A stretch of DNA of 64,000 nucleotides. Source: Nitrospirota bacterium (GTDB lineage Bacteria; Nitrospirota; UBA9217). A program made the position numbers and the translations under genes. Under the pieces are notes generated by a model. That model was given only the letters and a program-made list of their open reading frames with translations, did not search any database and had not been told where the DNA came from. This document shows, in pieces, positions 43,712 to 54,082 of this stretch. How positions within the stretch are numbered: the stretch's first letter is position 1; each line of letters starts with the position of its first letter. The stretch lies in NCBI GenBank assembly GCA_963845065.1, contig CAWJQQ010000002.1, positions 512,001-576,000 of the forward strand, given 5' to 3'.

Positions 43712-45319
43712 TTAAAACAAACCCATTTGTTTGTCTGGCTCTTTCCTTTTTTTTACTTTATCCGGCACGGTAATGCTTTTAATGAGATTATCAGGAATTT
43801 CCGTAAGAAATGGCGAAGGTAATGGCAAAAGCCGTTGGCCAAATAGGAAACGGCTGCGAACATGAAGCAGGAAAAGCTCTTCCTTTGCGCGGGTCATTCC
43901 CACGTAGAAGAGCCGCCGTTCCTCCTCGATGTCTATATTTTTCTTAGTTATGGTAAAGGGCAAGAGGCCGTCCTCAACTCCAGTAATGAACACTACCTTG
44001 AATTCGAGCCCTTTTGCGGTGTGCATCGTCGTGAGCGTTACTGCGTTAGCACGTGGATCAAAAAAATCAGCAGGGGTGAGCAGCTTTGTTTCGCGTGTAG
44101 TGGACTGTCCGAGCCCTGCCACATCAGGATTGATCAGCGAATGAAGATAGGCAATGGTCTTATCCAGTGCCTTTGACTGTAAGCTGCTCTTGCGTCCTAT
44201 TACCTGATAGGGAATTCCCGATGCGCTGAATGATTCCTCGATGGCCTTTGCCTGAGCATTCGTCCGATAGACCACAGCGAAGTCGGAAAAGCAGAATGAA
44301 TCAGAGGGTCTGTCCCTATCCCGACCGGACCGTGACATCTGGTAGTGGCTCGTGCCGCCGATCCTCGCCTCGATCTCCTGAACAATAACCTCGCCCTCGG
44401 TACGCTCATCCGGAAGAGAAAAGACGGCGATGTTACTGCCATGACCCAGCATCGGAATTACGTTTTTTTTGATTCGCTTTTGATTGTTACTGATTACACT
44501 GTTCGAAGCTGAGAGAATGACAGCGGATGACCGGTAATTCTCTGTAAGAGCGACCGCCTTGGAGCTATTAAAATCCTTGTCGAAGTTCAGAAAACAGCTT
44601 GCATTAGCGCCGCGAAAACCGTAGATCGCCTGGTCGGAGTCGCCGATTGCGCAAATACTGTGGCTCTTCTGAGAGAGAAGCCTGATCAGGCGGTACTGCG
44701 TAGGGTTGATGTCCTGGTACTCATCAACCATGATGTGGGAAAATTTACTAAGGAAAGCGGTCGAGGAACTCTGCTCGAGGATTGTAAGGGGAGTACGGAT
44801 GAGGTCGTCAAAATCGACAGCATGATTGTTCTTGAGCATTGTTTCATAGGCTTCGAAAGGTCCTTTACTGTTTTCATCGAGTGGATCAACAAAGTTCTTG
44901 ATTCTTGAAATATTCTCCATAAGATCGTGAGCGCTTGTTCCGGTCTTCTTCGAGAGTGTTTTAAGCAGTTCAACCTGCTCTCCTCTATTGTAAACGGTGA
45001 AGTCTGTTGAGGATAATTCCTTGAGAATAGTAAGCCCCAGTAAGTGGAGCGTACCAATAAATATTCTCGATACAGCATTCCCCAGTAGTGTCTCAGCGCG
45101 CTCCCGCATCTCCCGTGCGGCCCGGTTTGTAAATGTCACGGCAAGAATGCTGTCCGGATTTACACCATGGGAGATGAGCCAGGCGATCCTGTGGACTATG
45201 GTCAACGTCTTGCCCGTCCCAGGTCCGGCAACGATCAGGAGCGGGCCGTCAATTGTCGTCGCGGCCCTTATCTGCGAATCATTCAGCCCATCGAGGATGG
45301 GGGATGTGTTCGAGCTCAT
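43712..45319 (-). CDS. UvrD/Rep-family helicase, short form
   Basis: AGPGTGKT, TFTNRAA, DEYQD, GDSDQAIY, AKGLEF, EERRLFYVGMTRA; ends KQMGLF. Confidence 0.93.
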   Translation of the reverse strand: MSSNTSPILDGLNDSQIRAATTIDGPLLIVAGPGTGKTLTIVHRIAWLISHGVNPDSILAVTFTNRAAREMRERAETLLGNAVSRIFIGTLHLLGLTILKELSSTDFTVYNRGEQVELLKTLSKKTGTSAHDLMENISRIKNFVDPLDENSKGPFEAYETMLKNNHAVDFDDLIRTPLTILEQSSSTAFLSKFSHIMVDEYQDINPTQYRLIRLLSQKSHSICAIGDSDQAIYGFRGANASCFLNFDKDFNSSKAVALTENYRSSAVILSASNSVISNNQKRIKKNVIPMLGHGSNIAVFSLPDERTEGEVIVQEIEARIGGTSHYQMSRSGRDRDRPSDSFCFSDFAVVYRTNAQAKAIEESFSASGIPYQVIGRKSSLQSKALDKTIAYLHSLINPDVAGLGQSTTRETKLLTPADFFDPRANAVTLTTMHTAKGLEFKVVFITGVEDGLLPFTITKKNIDIEEERRLFYVGMTRAKEELFLLHVRSRFLFGQRLLPLPSPFLTEIPDNLIKSITVPDKVKKRKEPDKQMGLF

Positions 45320-45872
45320 AAGTGCTTACGGCTATTGTCAATCATGATTTTATAAGCAGTAAAACTCTGCCTTATGTACTATCCCGGCATGGCATGATCG
45401 CCGACATTGAATGTGAAATTTATTGCTTTAAATTAGGATTTTCGGTAAGTGTAGAGGTAATCTCGAAGCGATAGTCTGGGGCCCCATCCGAGCCCATCTG
45501 CTGCGACAATTATTGGTCGTTTGCGATCTCTATATTCGCAATTTGCTGTTCGATCTTCTGCAGATTGATATGAGGTAACTCTGCCTTAACGCCGTCTCCT
45601 TGAGGAGAGGTCACCTCAAAATCCTCTACGGTCTTATTTAGTGCGCTGATCAAATTATTGATGTCATTTTTGATCGATTTTATTGCCTCGGATCAGAATG
45701 TCAATACCGATGGCCGGATCCATCTCAGCATGCCAGCTATAGTAATTATTATAGACAACAGACTCGTTGTTCCTGAGCACGGACATAATGATGAAAATAG
45801 CGCCGATGAACGCAAAGGTCAACATGAAAGCGACGACCATTTTTTTGCAGTAGGCCATTCGCCCACCTAAGA

Positions 45873-47144
45873 TTACAGCAGCTTCAACTGCCCCTGCATC
45901 TGTTTTCTCTCCACTTCCTCAAAAATCCTTACCTTCCCGAATTCTCCATCATATCCCGGCGTTATATGGATGTTACCATGGCGCATGCGTGAGACTGCTT
46001 CACGAATGAGCGGTGTTCCGGCGCGCTCAATATCGTCAAGTGGTACATCCATGAGGATTTTAAATTCGTTCCCGAGCTGTTCGAGCAGGGAGAAATACAA
46101 TGCGTTTACTTTTTTCGTATTTACACCGCATTTGAGGCCTTCAGCGATGATCTCAGGAAGAGGAATAATCGATGTGAAAACAGGAGCATTGTCAGGTCTA
46201 AACCCGTGTTCGCGATCAGCGAGCTTTTCAACGCGGTGCATTACGCCTACAGTCACTTTCCGATTGCAGACCGGACAAAGATAATCATAATGGATGGTTT
46301 CTTTCGGCGTGAGGCACACGCCGCAGCCCCTATGGCCATCATAATGATATTTACCCTCTTCAGGAAAGAACTCGATAGTCCCGACAAAGCCCTCGCGGGT
46401 CTTGATGGCCTCAAGGAGCGCAGGATAAGAGATTCCCGTATCAAAGATATTCGCCTCTCGCCCGATCTTTGCTGCCGAGTGAGCATCGGAGTTCGAAACA
46501 AGCGTGATTCGTTCAAGAGCGGACAGCTGCCAGTTCATGAGTGGATCAGATGATAAACCCGTCTCTATCGCAAAAATAGAAGGTGTCAATTCTTCGTAAC
46601 ACTCTTCGAGTGAATCGAATCCAGAGACGGCGCCGAATACTGAAAAATGGGGTGTCCAGGCATGTGCAGGGATGAGCATCACATCAGGCGATACATCGAG
46701 GGTGATTTTTAGGAGATCCTTTGCATCGAGCCCCAGGATCGGCCTACCGTCAGCATTGAGGTTCCCGATTTTCGAGAGCGCGAGATTGATCCGTGCTGCA
46801 GTCTCGAAATCCGGGGCGATGAGAACGGAATGAACCTTCCGTGTCTTGCCGTTCTTGCTGTAGATGCAGCTGATCTCAGCAGAAAGGATGAATTGAATGT
46901 CAGCCTTGCATGAGGTAGGAACATCATCTGCATGATGTGTCTTTTTGAGTGCAAAGAAACCATTGCCTATCCGATCGAGCTTTGCGTCAAGCTCCTTGAG
47001 CCAACCTGGGTGGGTGAAGTCTCCCGTCGCGATCACGGAGATACCCTTGAGCTGCGCCCATTTCCAGATTCCCTCAGGGCACATGTCCTTGCTCGTTGCG
47101 CGGGAGTAATGGGAGTGGACATGGAGGTCAGCGATAAAACGCAT
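45873..47144 (-). CDS. Endonuclease Q family (PHP domain plus zinc finger)
   Basis: DLHVHSHYSRATS, PAHAWTP, SNSDAHS, GKYHYDGHRGC, CPVC; ends GQLKLL. Confidence 0.92.
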   Translation of the reverse strand: MRFIADLHVHSHYSRATSKDMCPEGIWKWAQLKGISVIATGDFTHPGWLKELDAKLDRIGNGFFALKKTHHADDVPTSCKADIQFILSAEISCIYSKNGKTRKVHSVLIAPDFETAARINLALSKIGNLNADGRPILGLDAKDLLKITLDVSPDVMLIPAHAWTPHFSVFGAVSGFDSLEECYEELTPSIFAIETGLSSDPLMNWQLSALERITLVSNSDAHSAAKIGREANIFDTGISYPALLEAIKTREGFVGTIEFFPEEGKYHYDGHRGCGVCLTPKETIHYDYLCPVCNRKVTVGVMHRVEKLADREHGFRPDNAPVFTSIIPLPEIIAEGLKCGVNTKKVNALYFSLLEQLGNEFKILMDVPLDDIERAGTPLIREAVSRMRHGNIHITPGYDGEFGKVRIFEEVERKQMQGQLKLL

Positions 47145-47218
47145 TGCGAATTATAGCATGAATGAACCTTTTATTGATACAGATTTTCAAGTCACTGCTT
47201 GTCTTTGAACCTGCCTCC

Positions 47219-47500
47219 TTGACCATACTCCTGTATACGGATTGACAAAGACGCTGTTTCCTCGCAATGTCAATTTCCCCATGTCATCAAACTGTCTAAC
47301 CAACGGGATGTATGCAGGCGGTCGCGGCAAGATCCTTCATGCCAAGGTCAATGGCCATGATTTCCCCGTCTCCTTTCAATCCGGGAAAAGGGATCGCGTG
47401 TACCAGGGGGACAAATCACTAGCCGATATCATGTACCAAACGGCCAATCTGGATATTGTCTCCGGTTATACGGGTACATTAAAGCAGTTTGACCTCTAGT
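47219..47500 (-). pseudogene. TnpB relic of another lineage (RuvC-I fragment and right-end remnant)
   Basis: Minus strand GEIMAIDLGMKDLAATA; ends GGAGTATGGTCAA. Confidence 0.6.
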
Positions 47501-47528
47501 AAGGTTAGGCAATTTAACTTTGGGTCGG

Positions 47529-47589
47529 CATATGACCTATTTCATATGACCTATTTCATGTTGACAAGCGGTCCTCATTTTGTTACAGT
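47529..47589 (+). promoter_or_regulatory. Sigma70 promoter of pfp with an upstream 14-bp tandem repeat
   Basis: (CATATGACCTATTT)x2, then TTGACA-17 bp-TACAGT. Confidence 0.7.
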
Positions 47590-47653
47590 TGCGCGGTGCG
47601 CGAACGGGTGCAGAGTTATGGTCAATTGATTTTGAAACTATTAGGAGGCGATT

Positions 47654-48886
47654 ATGGCGGGTAAACTTGCAATAGTTGTCGGTGGAGGTCCTGCCCCTGG
47701 CATTAACGGCGTAATCAGTGCCGTGACATATGAAGCGGTCAAGCAGGGTCTAGAGGTCATCGGAGTCCATGATGGGTTCAAGTGGCTGTCCAATGGGAAC
47801 ACGAACCATGTTACCCAACTAGAAAACGACGAAATTTCGCGTATTCATCTTCGCGGCGGATCGGTTATTGGCACCTCCCGCGAGAACCCGACCAAGAACC
47901 CCGAGAAAATGGCAAATGTCATCAAGGCTCTTACCTCCCTTGGCATCAAGTATCTCGTGACCATCGGCGGGGACGACACGGCCTTCACGGCAACCCGCGT
48001 AGAACAGGAAGCGCATGGAACAATCTCTGTTTGCCATGTGCCGAAGACCATCGACAATGATCTGCCGCTCCCGCACGGCGTTCCGACCTTCGGCTTTGAG
48101 ACCGCACGTTCGCTCGGTGCGCAGCTCGTCGAGAACATCATGGAGGACGCGCGAACAGCTGGACGATGGTACTTCATCATTGCCATGGGCCGCTCCGCGG
48201 GCCACCTTGCGCTCGGCATGGGTATGGGTGCCGGTGCCACATTGACCCTCATCCCGGAAGAACTCGGTAACAAGATATCGCTGAACAAAGTCGTATCGAT
48301 CCTCGAAGGCGCGATTATCAAGCGCCTCGCATACGGACGGAACCACGGTGTGGCGGTCATCGCGGAAGGCGTTGCAACCCGGTTTGATACGGACGAGTTG
48401 ACCTTCCTAAAAGACGTGCCTCGGGACGACCACGGCAACATCCGGCTGGCTGAGATCCCCATCGGCGACATGCTCAAAAAGCATGTGTCTGCAGGCCTCG
48501 AAACAGCCGGTGTCAAAACCACAATCATAGCAAAAGACATCGGCTACGAGCTGCGTTGCCAGCCGCCTCTTTCTTACGATCGTGAATACACACGCTATCT
48601 GGGATTCAGCGCGGTTAGGTTCCTGGTCGGTGGAGGCTCAGGCGCCATGATTATGCTGAAGGACGGCGTCTGCCATCCGATCAAATTTGCCGACCTCCTA
48701 GACCCCAAAACGGGGAAAACGAGGATCCGCACCGTGGACATAAATTCCGACGATTACCATATGGCAAGGCGCTATATGATCAGGCTCGAGCAGGAAGACT
48801 TGCAGGGCGAGTCGCTCACGAAGCTCGCTACCATGACGAAACTTTCTCCTGAGGACTTTAAGAAGAGATATTGTATAGCAATATAG
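47654..48886 (+). CDS. pfp: Pyrophosphate-dependent phosphofructokinase
   Basis: GGGPAPG, GGDD and PKTIDND (PPi-type signature), MGR. Confidence 0.9.
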   Translation: MAGKLAIVVGGGPAPGINGVISAVTYEAVKQGLEVIGVHDGFKWLSNGNTNHVTQLENDEISRIHLRGGSVIGTSRENPTKNPEKMANVIKALTSLGIKYLVTIGGDDTAFTATRVEQEAHGTISVCHVPKTIDNDLPLPHGVPTFGFETARSLGAQLVENIMEDARTAGRWYFIIAMGRSAGHLALGMGMGAGATLTLIPEELGNKISLNKVVSILEGAIIKRLAYGRNHGVAVIAEGVATRFDTDELTFLKDVPRDDHGNIRLAEIPIGDMLKKHVSAGLETAGVKTTIIAKDIGYELRCQPPLSYDREYTRYLGFSAVRFLVGGGSGAMIMLKDGVCHPIKFADLLDPKTGKTRIRTVDINSDDYHMARRYMIRLEQEDLQGESLTKLATMTKLSPEDFKKRYCIAI

Positions 48887-48955
48887 AATTTAACTAAAAT
48901 GCGGGCATAACAAAAGGGACGGGGAACAGCTGCACATCGGCTGTCATTTTTTTAT

Positions 48956-49237
48956 TTAGAGTGTGATCCTTTTCTCTCGGGCGATATTTCTCAGGATAAT
49001 CATTGCGTTGTGCAATCGCTGCAGTTTCATGTTCCTCGTCCGCAATGCCACCTGGTCGCTCAGCTCAATCTTTCCAATCCGAGTCGCGGTGAGCGCCCTG
49101 TTCAGGTTTTCGTACAGGTCCTTAATCATGTCCTTGTCGAATTTCTTAAGTAACAACGGGTTTACCGCAGCGTAGCCTTCGGCCACATCGAAGGCTACCA
49201 ACTTCATGCTCTTGCCTCTAAATCCGCTCTCAGCCAT
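48956..49237 (-). CDS. Hypothetical protein
   Basis: 93-aa ORF with AGGAG RBS, tightly linked to the upstream gene. Confidence 0.65.
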   Translation of the reverse strand: MAESGFRGKSMKLVAFDVAEGYAAVNPLLLKKFDKDMIKDLYENLNRALTATRIGKIELSDQVALRTRNMKLQRLHNAMIILRNIAREKRITL

Positions 49238-49245
49238 AGCCGCTC

Positions 49246-49800
49246 CTATGTCATTCCGAGTGACTTGATCGTTTTCTCCAAGAGTTCCTGCTTTTTCCGC
49301 ACTGCCTCCAGCTGCCTATGAATATCAGCGTGGCTGGCGCCTTTGCTGAATTTATCCTGGAGCACTGCTATGTCCGCAGAGAGCTCCCGCGACGTATCCT
49401 GGAGCAACGCGTGAAAATTCCTGCTGTTCTCGCATAACTGCGTGATTGCCATAACAAGGTCCTTGAGCACGGGATCGTCCGTTTCCCGGAGCCGCAGTGA
49501 CACGTTCACATCTCCACAGGAAATGTGCTCAAGAGCCTTGCGAATGCGCATGAGAGGACCAACGAATGTGTGGGAGTATAATATACCAACAATGCCGATG
49601 AAAACCAGAAGCGTGATCAATGCGATGGGGAGAAAGATAGGAAGTTGGACGATTTCTGCGATTTTTTGAAATACTCGAAGAAGAACTGTATAAGATATCA
49701 GAAGCAAGATAAGAAATATGATAAATCGGAACTGTGAACTCGAAGATATCAGATGGTTCTTGCCCCGGCCCATAATGTGTCTTTTTACCATTTTTTGCAT
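49246..49800 (-). CDS. Two-TM protein with HAMP-like / coiled-coil domain
   Basis: Two TM helices, SHTFVGPLMRI...LRETD; GAGGA RBS. Confidence 0.7.
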   Translation of the reverse strand: MQKMVKRHIMGRGKNHLISSSSQFRFIIFLILLLISYTVLLRVFQKIAEIVQLPIFLPIALITLLVFIGIVGILYSHTFVGPLMRIRKALEHISCGDVNVSLRLRETDDPVLKDLVMAITQLCENSRNFHALLQDTSRELSADIAVLQDKFSKGASHADIHRQLEAVRKKQELLEKTIKSLGMT

Positions 49801-50047
49801 ATGTGTCCTCGGCGCTCCCTGGGTGTGAAGACTGTATCTAATCAGTTTTTTTTCGGACTATTTCTAAGGGCAACGGATTTTACCGGCCTGGTAGATCGCG
49901 TCGTAACCGGCAGCGCTATCGAATGGATCGGGTTTACCGCGAGTAGCCTGATTATACAGGTCTTTTGGTATGGCGGTCAAGTCTAAAGCAAAATATTTAT
50001 ATCCAAATTTGCTTGAAGTCCCGTGTTCGAAGTGGTACATTTTTTAC

Positions 50048-51037
50048 ATGCCTCTGATTGACATACATAAACGGCGTATTGATTATTTGCGGATATCCAT
50101 TACAGATCGATGCAACCTATCTTGCGTCTATTGCAAGCCGCGAAGTGAGACAAAGATGCTGTCGCATGTTGATATCCTCACTTATGAAGAAATTTTGCGG
50201 CTTGTTTCCATCGCCGTCCCTTTGGGGATTTCCCGTGTACGGGTAACCGGCGGAGAACCCCTCGCCAGACGCGACGTCATCGATTTCTTAGCCGCATTAA
50301 AACGCGTCGCTGGACTGGACGATATCAGCTTGACGACCAACGGTGTTTTTCTCGCCAATATGGCAGAAGACCTTGCACGCTCCGGCATGCCACGGCTCAA
50401 TGTCAGCCTCGATTCCCTCGACCCAAAAAAGTTTCTTCAAATCACCGGCAGCGACTCTTGGGACGCGGTTTGGCGCGGCATCAATCGCGCTGAGGAACTT
50501 GGTTTTTCCCCTCTGAAGCTCAATGTAGTTCCCGTTAGAGGCTTAAATGATGATGAGATCGCAGCCTTTGCGCGGCTTACGCTCGAGCGGCGGTTCCACG
50601 TCCGCTTTATCGAGTTCATGCCCATCGGCTCAAAAGATCGGTGGAGCCGTGATTCATGCGTGCCGTCCGAGGAGGTGCGTTCAATCATCGAGCGCGAATT
50701 CGGCACGCTCGTACCGGTTGCATCAGGAAGTTCTGGCGGCCCATCGTCTAACTTCGCTGTGCCCGGCGCACAGGGAATCATCGGTTTTATCAGCCCCATC
50801 ACCCGTCACTTCTGCGAATCGTGCCGCAGGCTACGACTTACGGCGGACGGCAAGATCAGGCCTTGCCTTCTTTCGGACACGGAGATTGACATTAAGTCTC
50901 CCCTGCGAAATGGATGTGATGACAAGGAACTTGAGCGACTCTTGAAACTCTCGCTAGAAATCAAGCCTGCACGGCATTATATCAATGAAACTTCTGGCAA
51001 CTATTTTCAGCGGACGATGTCTAAAATCGGGGGGTGA
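50048..51037 (+). CDS. moaA: GTP 3',8-cyclase
   Basis: CNLSCVYC radical SAM motif, C-terminal CESC...C, ends in GG. Confidence 0.96.
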   Translation: MPLIDIHKRRIDYLRISITDRCNLSCVYCKPRSETKMLSHVDILTYEEILRLVSIAVPLGISRVRVTGGEPLARRDVIDFLAALKRVAGLDDISLTTNGVFLANMAEDLARSGMPRLNVSLDSLDPKKFLQITGSDSWDAVWRGINRAEELGFSPLKLNVVPVRGLNDDEIAAFARLTLERRFHVRFIEFMPIGSKDRWSRDSCVPSEEVRSIIEREFGTLVPVASGSSGGPSSNFAVPGAQGIIGFISPITRHFCESCRRLRLTADGKIRPCLLSDTEIDIKSPLRNGCDDKELERLLKLSLEIKPARHYINETSGNYFQRTMSKIGG

Positions 51038-51055
51038 GCAGACTGGAGATACAGC

Positions 51056-51544
51056 ATGACAAACAAATTTAGTCATTTCGACGAGCAGGGTGCCGCACGC
51101 ATGGTAGACGTTTCGGCAAAAGACGAAACTATTCGTGAGGCAGTAGCCGAAGGACAGGTCATGGTGCTGCCCGAAACACTTGCCCTCATTATTGACCGAA
51201 AAGTCTCCAAGGGTGACGTGCTCGGCGTCGCCCGGTTGGCGGGTATTATGGCAGCCAAGAAGACCTCTGAGCTTATTCCTCTTTGCCATCCCCTCGCCCT
51301 CTCATCTGTGGCGATCGATCTGCAACCCGACAACTCAGCATGCTGTATCCGTATTCGCGCTACTGTCAGGACCACGGGAAGGACCGGCGTGGAAATGGAA
51401 GCATTGATCGCTGTTTCAGCTGCAGGCCTTACGATATATGATATGTGCAAATCCGTGGACCGCGAAATGACGCTCAACGGTGTGCGGCTCATGAAAAAAA
51501 CTGGTGGCAAGAGTGGCACCTTCGAACGAAAATCAAGCTCATGA
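51056..51544 (+). CDS. moaC: Cyclic pyranopterin monophosphate synthase
   Basis: [27 protein letters not shown]. Confidence 0.97.
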   Translation: MTNKFSHFDEQGAARMVDVSAKDETIREAVAEGQVMVLPETLALIIDRKVSKGDVLGVARLAGIMAAKKTSELIPLCHPLALSSVAIDLQPDNSACCIRIRATVRTTGRTGVEMEALIAVSAAGLTIYDMCKSVDREMTLNGVRLMKKTGGKSGTFERKSSS

Positions 51545-51547
51545 TTA

Positions 51548-51637
51548 TCAACGGTTGACAACCTATCTATTTAGAAAGCACTTCTTGCCGTTTCTCTGTC
51601 GGATAGGCTCTAAATTTAACTCTGCTTGATAGGCTCA
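51548..51637 (-). pseudogene. TnpB N-terminal relic (HTH_OrfB_IS605-like)
   Basis: MSLSSRVKFRAYPTEKRQEVLSK*IGCQ. Confidence 0.5.
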
Positions 51638-52483
51638 TAGTTTATTAACCCAACATGAACATCATATAAGTGAATATATGCCTACTTTTGGGCGGGAAAA
51701 TGCATTGGCCAGCAAAGATACATGGCATCCGCATGACCCCCCTCCTAACTTTTTACGCCTAGCATGGTAATGTATGGACAGGAATTCAATACATGACAGG
51801 TAAAGATTTTAAATTTGTTAAACCTATCTAATGCGTACATTAATCTCAATCTTCCTCCTGTCTCCGCCTGCACATGGTTACATTGCATTACGCATCTAGG
51901 CACATTAAAGAAGTTTATTGATTATGCCCTTCACAATTTCTCCAGTCTTTTATGTCGGTCAGCAGGTCAAATGTGACGTTGACACAATCACCAGTCCCCA
52001 TTCGGACAGATAACTAGCCACAATCTGTATAAAGATATGTTATTCCTTGTCAGCGGGCTCAAGTATCATTTTACCGTGCCTTCTTCTCCTTCCTAGTCTC
52101 GTACCACTTCTTTCACACCAACCTAAGACGTCTTTATGAGCCTGGCACGAAACTTTTCTATCGAATTTATTGTAGTACCTGTAATATCTCGTGTTATCCG
52201 TATAGAGATAGAGCTAGAAAATTTGTCCGAACTTAAGTACGATTGACAGTTCAATATTATATTGCTATCTTTTGTTTGTCCGAGTATTTTCTTTAAAGGG
52301 ATTATTGTGCACTGATCGCGTCGCAATACGTTTGAGGGAATAGTCATCCCATATTAAGCGCTTAGGGGACGAGTGAATTCCTTCTCATATCAGTGTAAAA
52401 GGGGAACTTACCAAACTATCCGCAGAAAGCCCCTGATTTTAACCATGGGGATGAATGCGGGAACTTTGTTTTTCAGCAATTGC

Positions 52484-52512
52484 TGGACAAATGTACATCT
52501 ATGTGGTATATT
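52484..52512 (+). promoter_or_regulatory. tnpB promoter
   Basis: TGGACA-17 bp-TATATT with extended TG; conserved as TAGACA...TATATT in copies 1 and 2. Confidence 0.7.
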
Positions 52513-52522
52513 TGACCAACCA

Positions 52523-54082
52523 ATGCCTCGTAAACGTAAACCTAAAACCCCATCTTTTGTTCACGAGTTCCAACTCGTAGTGACTCCAAAGGATAATCGA
52601 ACGCTAGATGTCCGGCTCGAAGCTGGCCGTTATCTGTACAATGCCTGCCTTGGTGAAGCGATGAAGCGTCTTGCCGCCATGCGCCGATCCCCCAAATGGC
52701 TCGTGGCGGTCACGAAGAAGAAAAGCAAGCTTCGCACCAAGATGTTTAAGACAGCCAGAAACAAGGCTGAATATACCGAATACCATCTCCATGAGTATGT
52801 CGGGAGCCTCCGCAATTCGTGTTGGATCGGAGACCATATTGACAGCCTGGCCGCCCAGAAGATAGCGACCAGGGCGTTTGATGCCGTTGCTGACTACGAG
52901 TTCGGCAAGCATGGGAAACCACGGTTCAAGCGTCGCGGCTGGATGTCTTCGCTCGAAGGCAAAAACAACAAGTCTGGTATTCGGTGGTGCAATGACCATG
53001 TTGAATGGTCTGGACTTAGCCTTAACTGTGTCTTCGACAAAAAAGACAAGTTTGGCGTTCAGGCACATGCGCTTAGCCATGATGTTAAATATGTTCGTTT
53101 GGTGAAGAAAACCATCTGCGGTAACGCCTGCTGGTTCGCCCAACTCGTGCTTAAAGGCACGACCAGGATCAAGCGTGAGAACCAGATTGGCACCGAAACC
53201 GTTGGCCTTGATATTGGTCCATCCACGGGTGCTATCGTTAGCGATACCGATGCGTTGCTCGTAGCATTTTGTCCGGAAGTCGAGATTCCGTACAAACAAA
53301 TCCGCGTGGTTCAGCGTAAGATGGCCAGAAGCCTGAGGGCTGCCAACCCGGACAACTACAACGAAGACGGCACGACTAAGACTGGTGCCGGCAAGGGTAA
53401 AAAGCGGTGGATATTCTCTGCTAAATACCGTGCGCTTAAGGCTGAACTAGCCGAGCTACAGCGAGTTTTGGCTGAAACCAGAAAACGGGCTCATGGCACG
53501 TTAGCCAATGAAATTCTTAAGCTCGGAACCAACATAAAGACCGAGAAACTGTCGTACAGAGCATTCCAGAAACTCTATGGTAAAAGTATTTCAAGACGCG
53601 CTCCGGGGATGTTTATTTCGATGCTTCGCCGCAAAGCCGAAAACGCTGGCGGTAAAGTAACTGAATTTTCTACCCGGAGCACGAAGCTTTCAGAGACATG
53701 CCACTGCGGGGAAGTAGCCAAAAAACCGCTATCCCACAGATGGCATGACTGTAACTGCGGGGTAAACACTCAACGCGATCTCTACTCCGCATATCTTGCA
53801 AAATATGTTTTTGAAAATGTCCTCGACACGCGTCAAGCCGCAGCAGCTTGGCCGGGTGCAAACCTGCTCCTGGAACGGGCGGTGTTGAGGGTGCAGTTTG
53901 CAGCGGCAAATGGCCGAATTCACCCGGCCAGCTTCGGTATTAACAACATGAGAGCCAACACCACGAACCGGAGACAGAGTTGCTTGCCCGTTAAAAACGG
54001 ATCAACGATAGTCGATGCCGGCAACGTCTGTATTGTTGCCGAAAAGCCTGTCGGTATTGCCGTTAGAACCCCCTGTCTTTAG
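52523..54082 (+). CDS. tnpB: TnpB RNA-guided nuclease, 519 aa
   Basis: Start aligned to the other copies; RuvC VGLDIG / KTEKL / QRDLY intact. Confidence 0.93.
   Translation: MPRKRKPKTPSFVHEFQLVVTPKDNRTLDVRLEAGRYLYNACLGEAMKRLAAMRRSPKWLVAVTKKKSKLRTKMFKTARNKAEYTEYHLHEYVGSLRNSCWIGDHIDSLAAQKIATRAFDAVADYEFGKHGKPRFKRRGWMSSLEGKNNKSGIRWCNDHVEWSGLSLNCVFDKKDKFGVQAHALSHDVKYVRLVKKTICGNACWFAQLVLKGTTRIKRENQIGTETVGLDIGPSTGAIVSDTDALLVAFCPEVEIPYKQIRVVQRKMARSLRAANPDNYNEDGTTKTGAGKGKKRWIFSAKYRALKAELAELQRVLAETRKRAHGTLANEILKLGTNIKTEKLSYRAFQKLYGKSISRRAPGMFISMLRRKAENAGGKVTEFSTRSTKLSETCHCGEVAKKPLSHRWHDCNCGVNTQRDLYSAYLAKYVFENVLDTRQAAAAWPGANLLLERAVLRVQFAAANGRIHPASFGINNMRANTTNRRQSCLPVKNGSTIVDAGNVCIVAEKPVGIAVRTPCL

Noticed and set aside
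45664..45858. 64-aa ORF ending in TGA as a second recoding candidate
   Set aside because: An in-frame TAA follows within three codons; probably a fragment of a decayed membrane protein
47242..47499. 85-aa plus-strand ORF
   Set aside because: Shadow of the minus-strand tnpB relic
51640..52370. AT-rich stretch as a coding or ncRNA locus
   Set aside because: Only short ORFs without motifs; no structure I can support
52373..52522. N-terminal extension of the 569-aa TnpB ORF
   Set aside because: It crosses the element boundary, left hairpin and promoter, and is absent from the other copies
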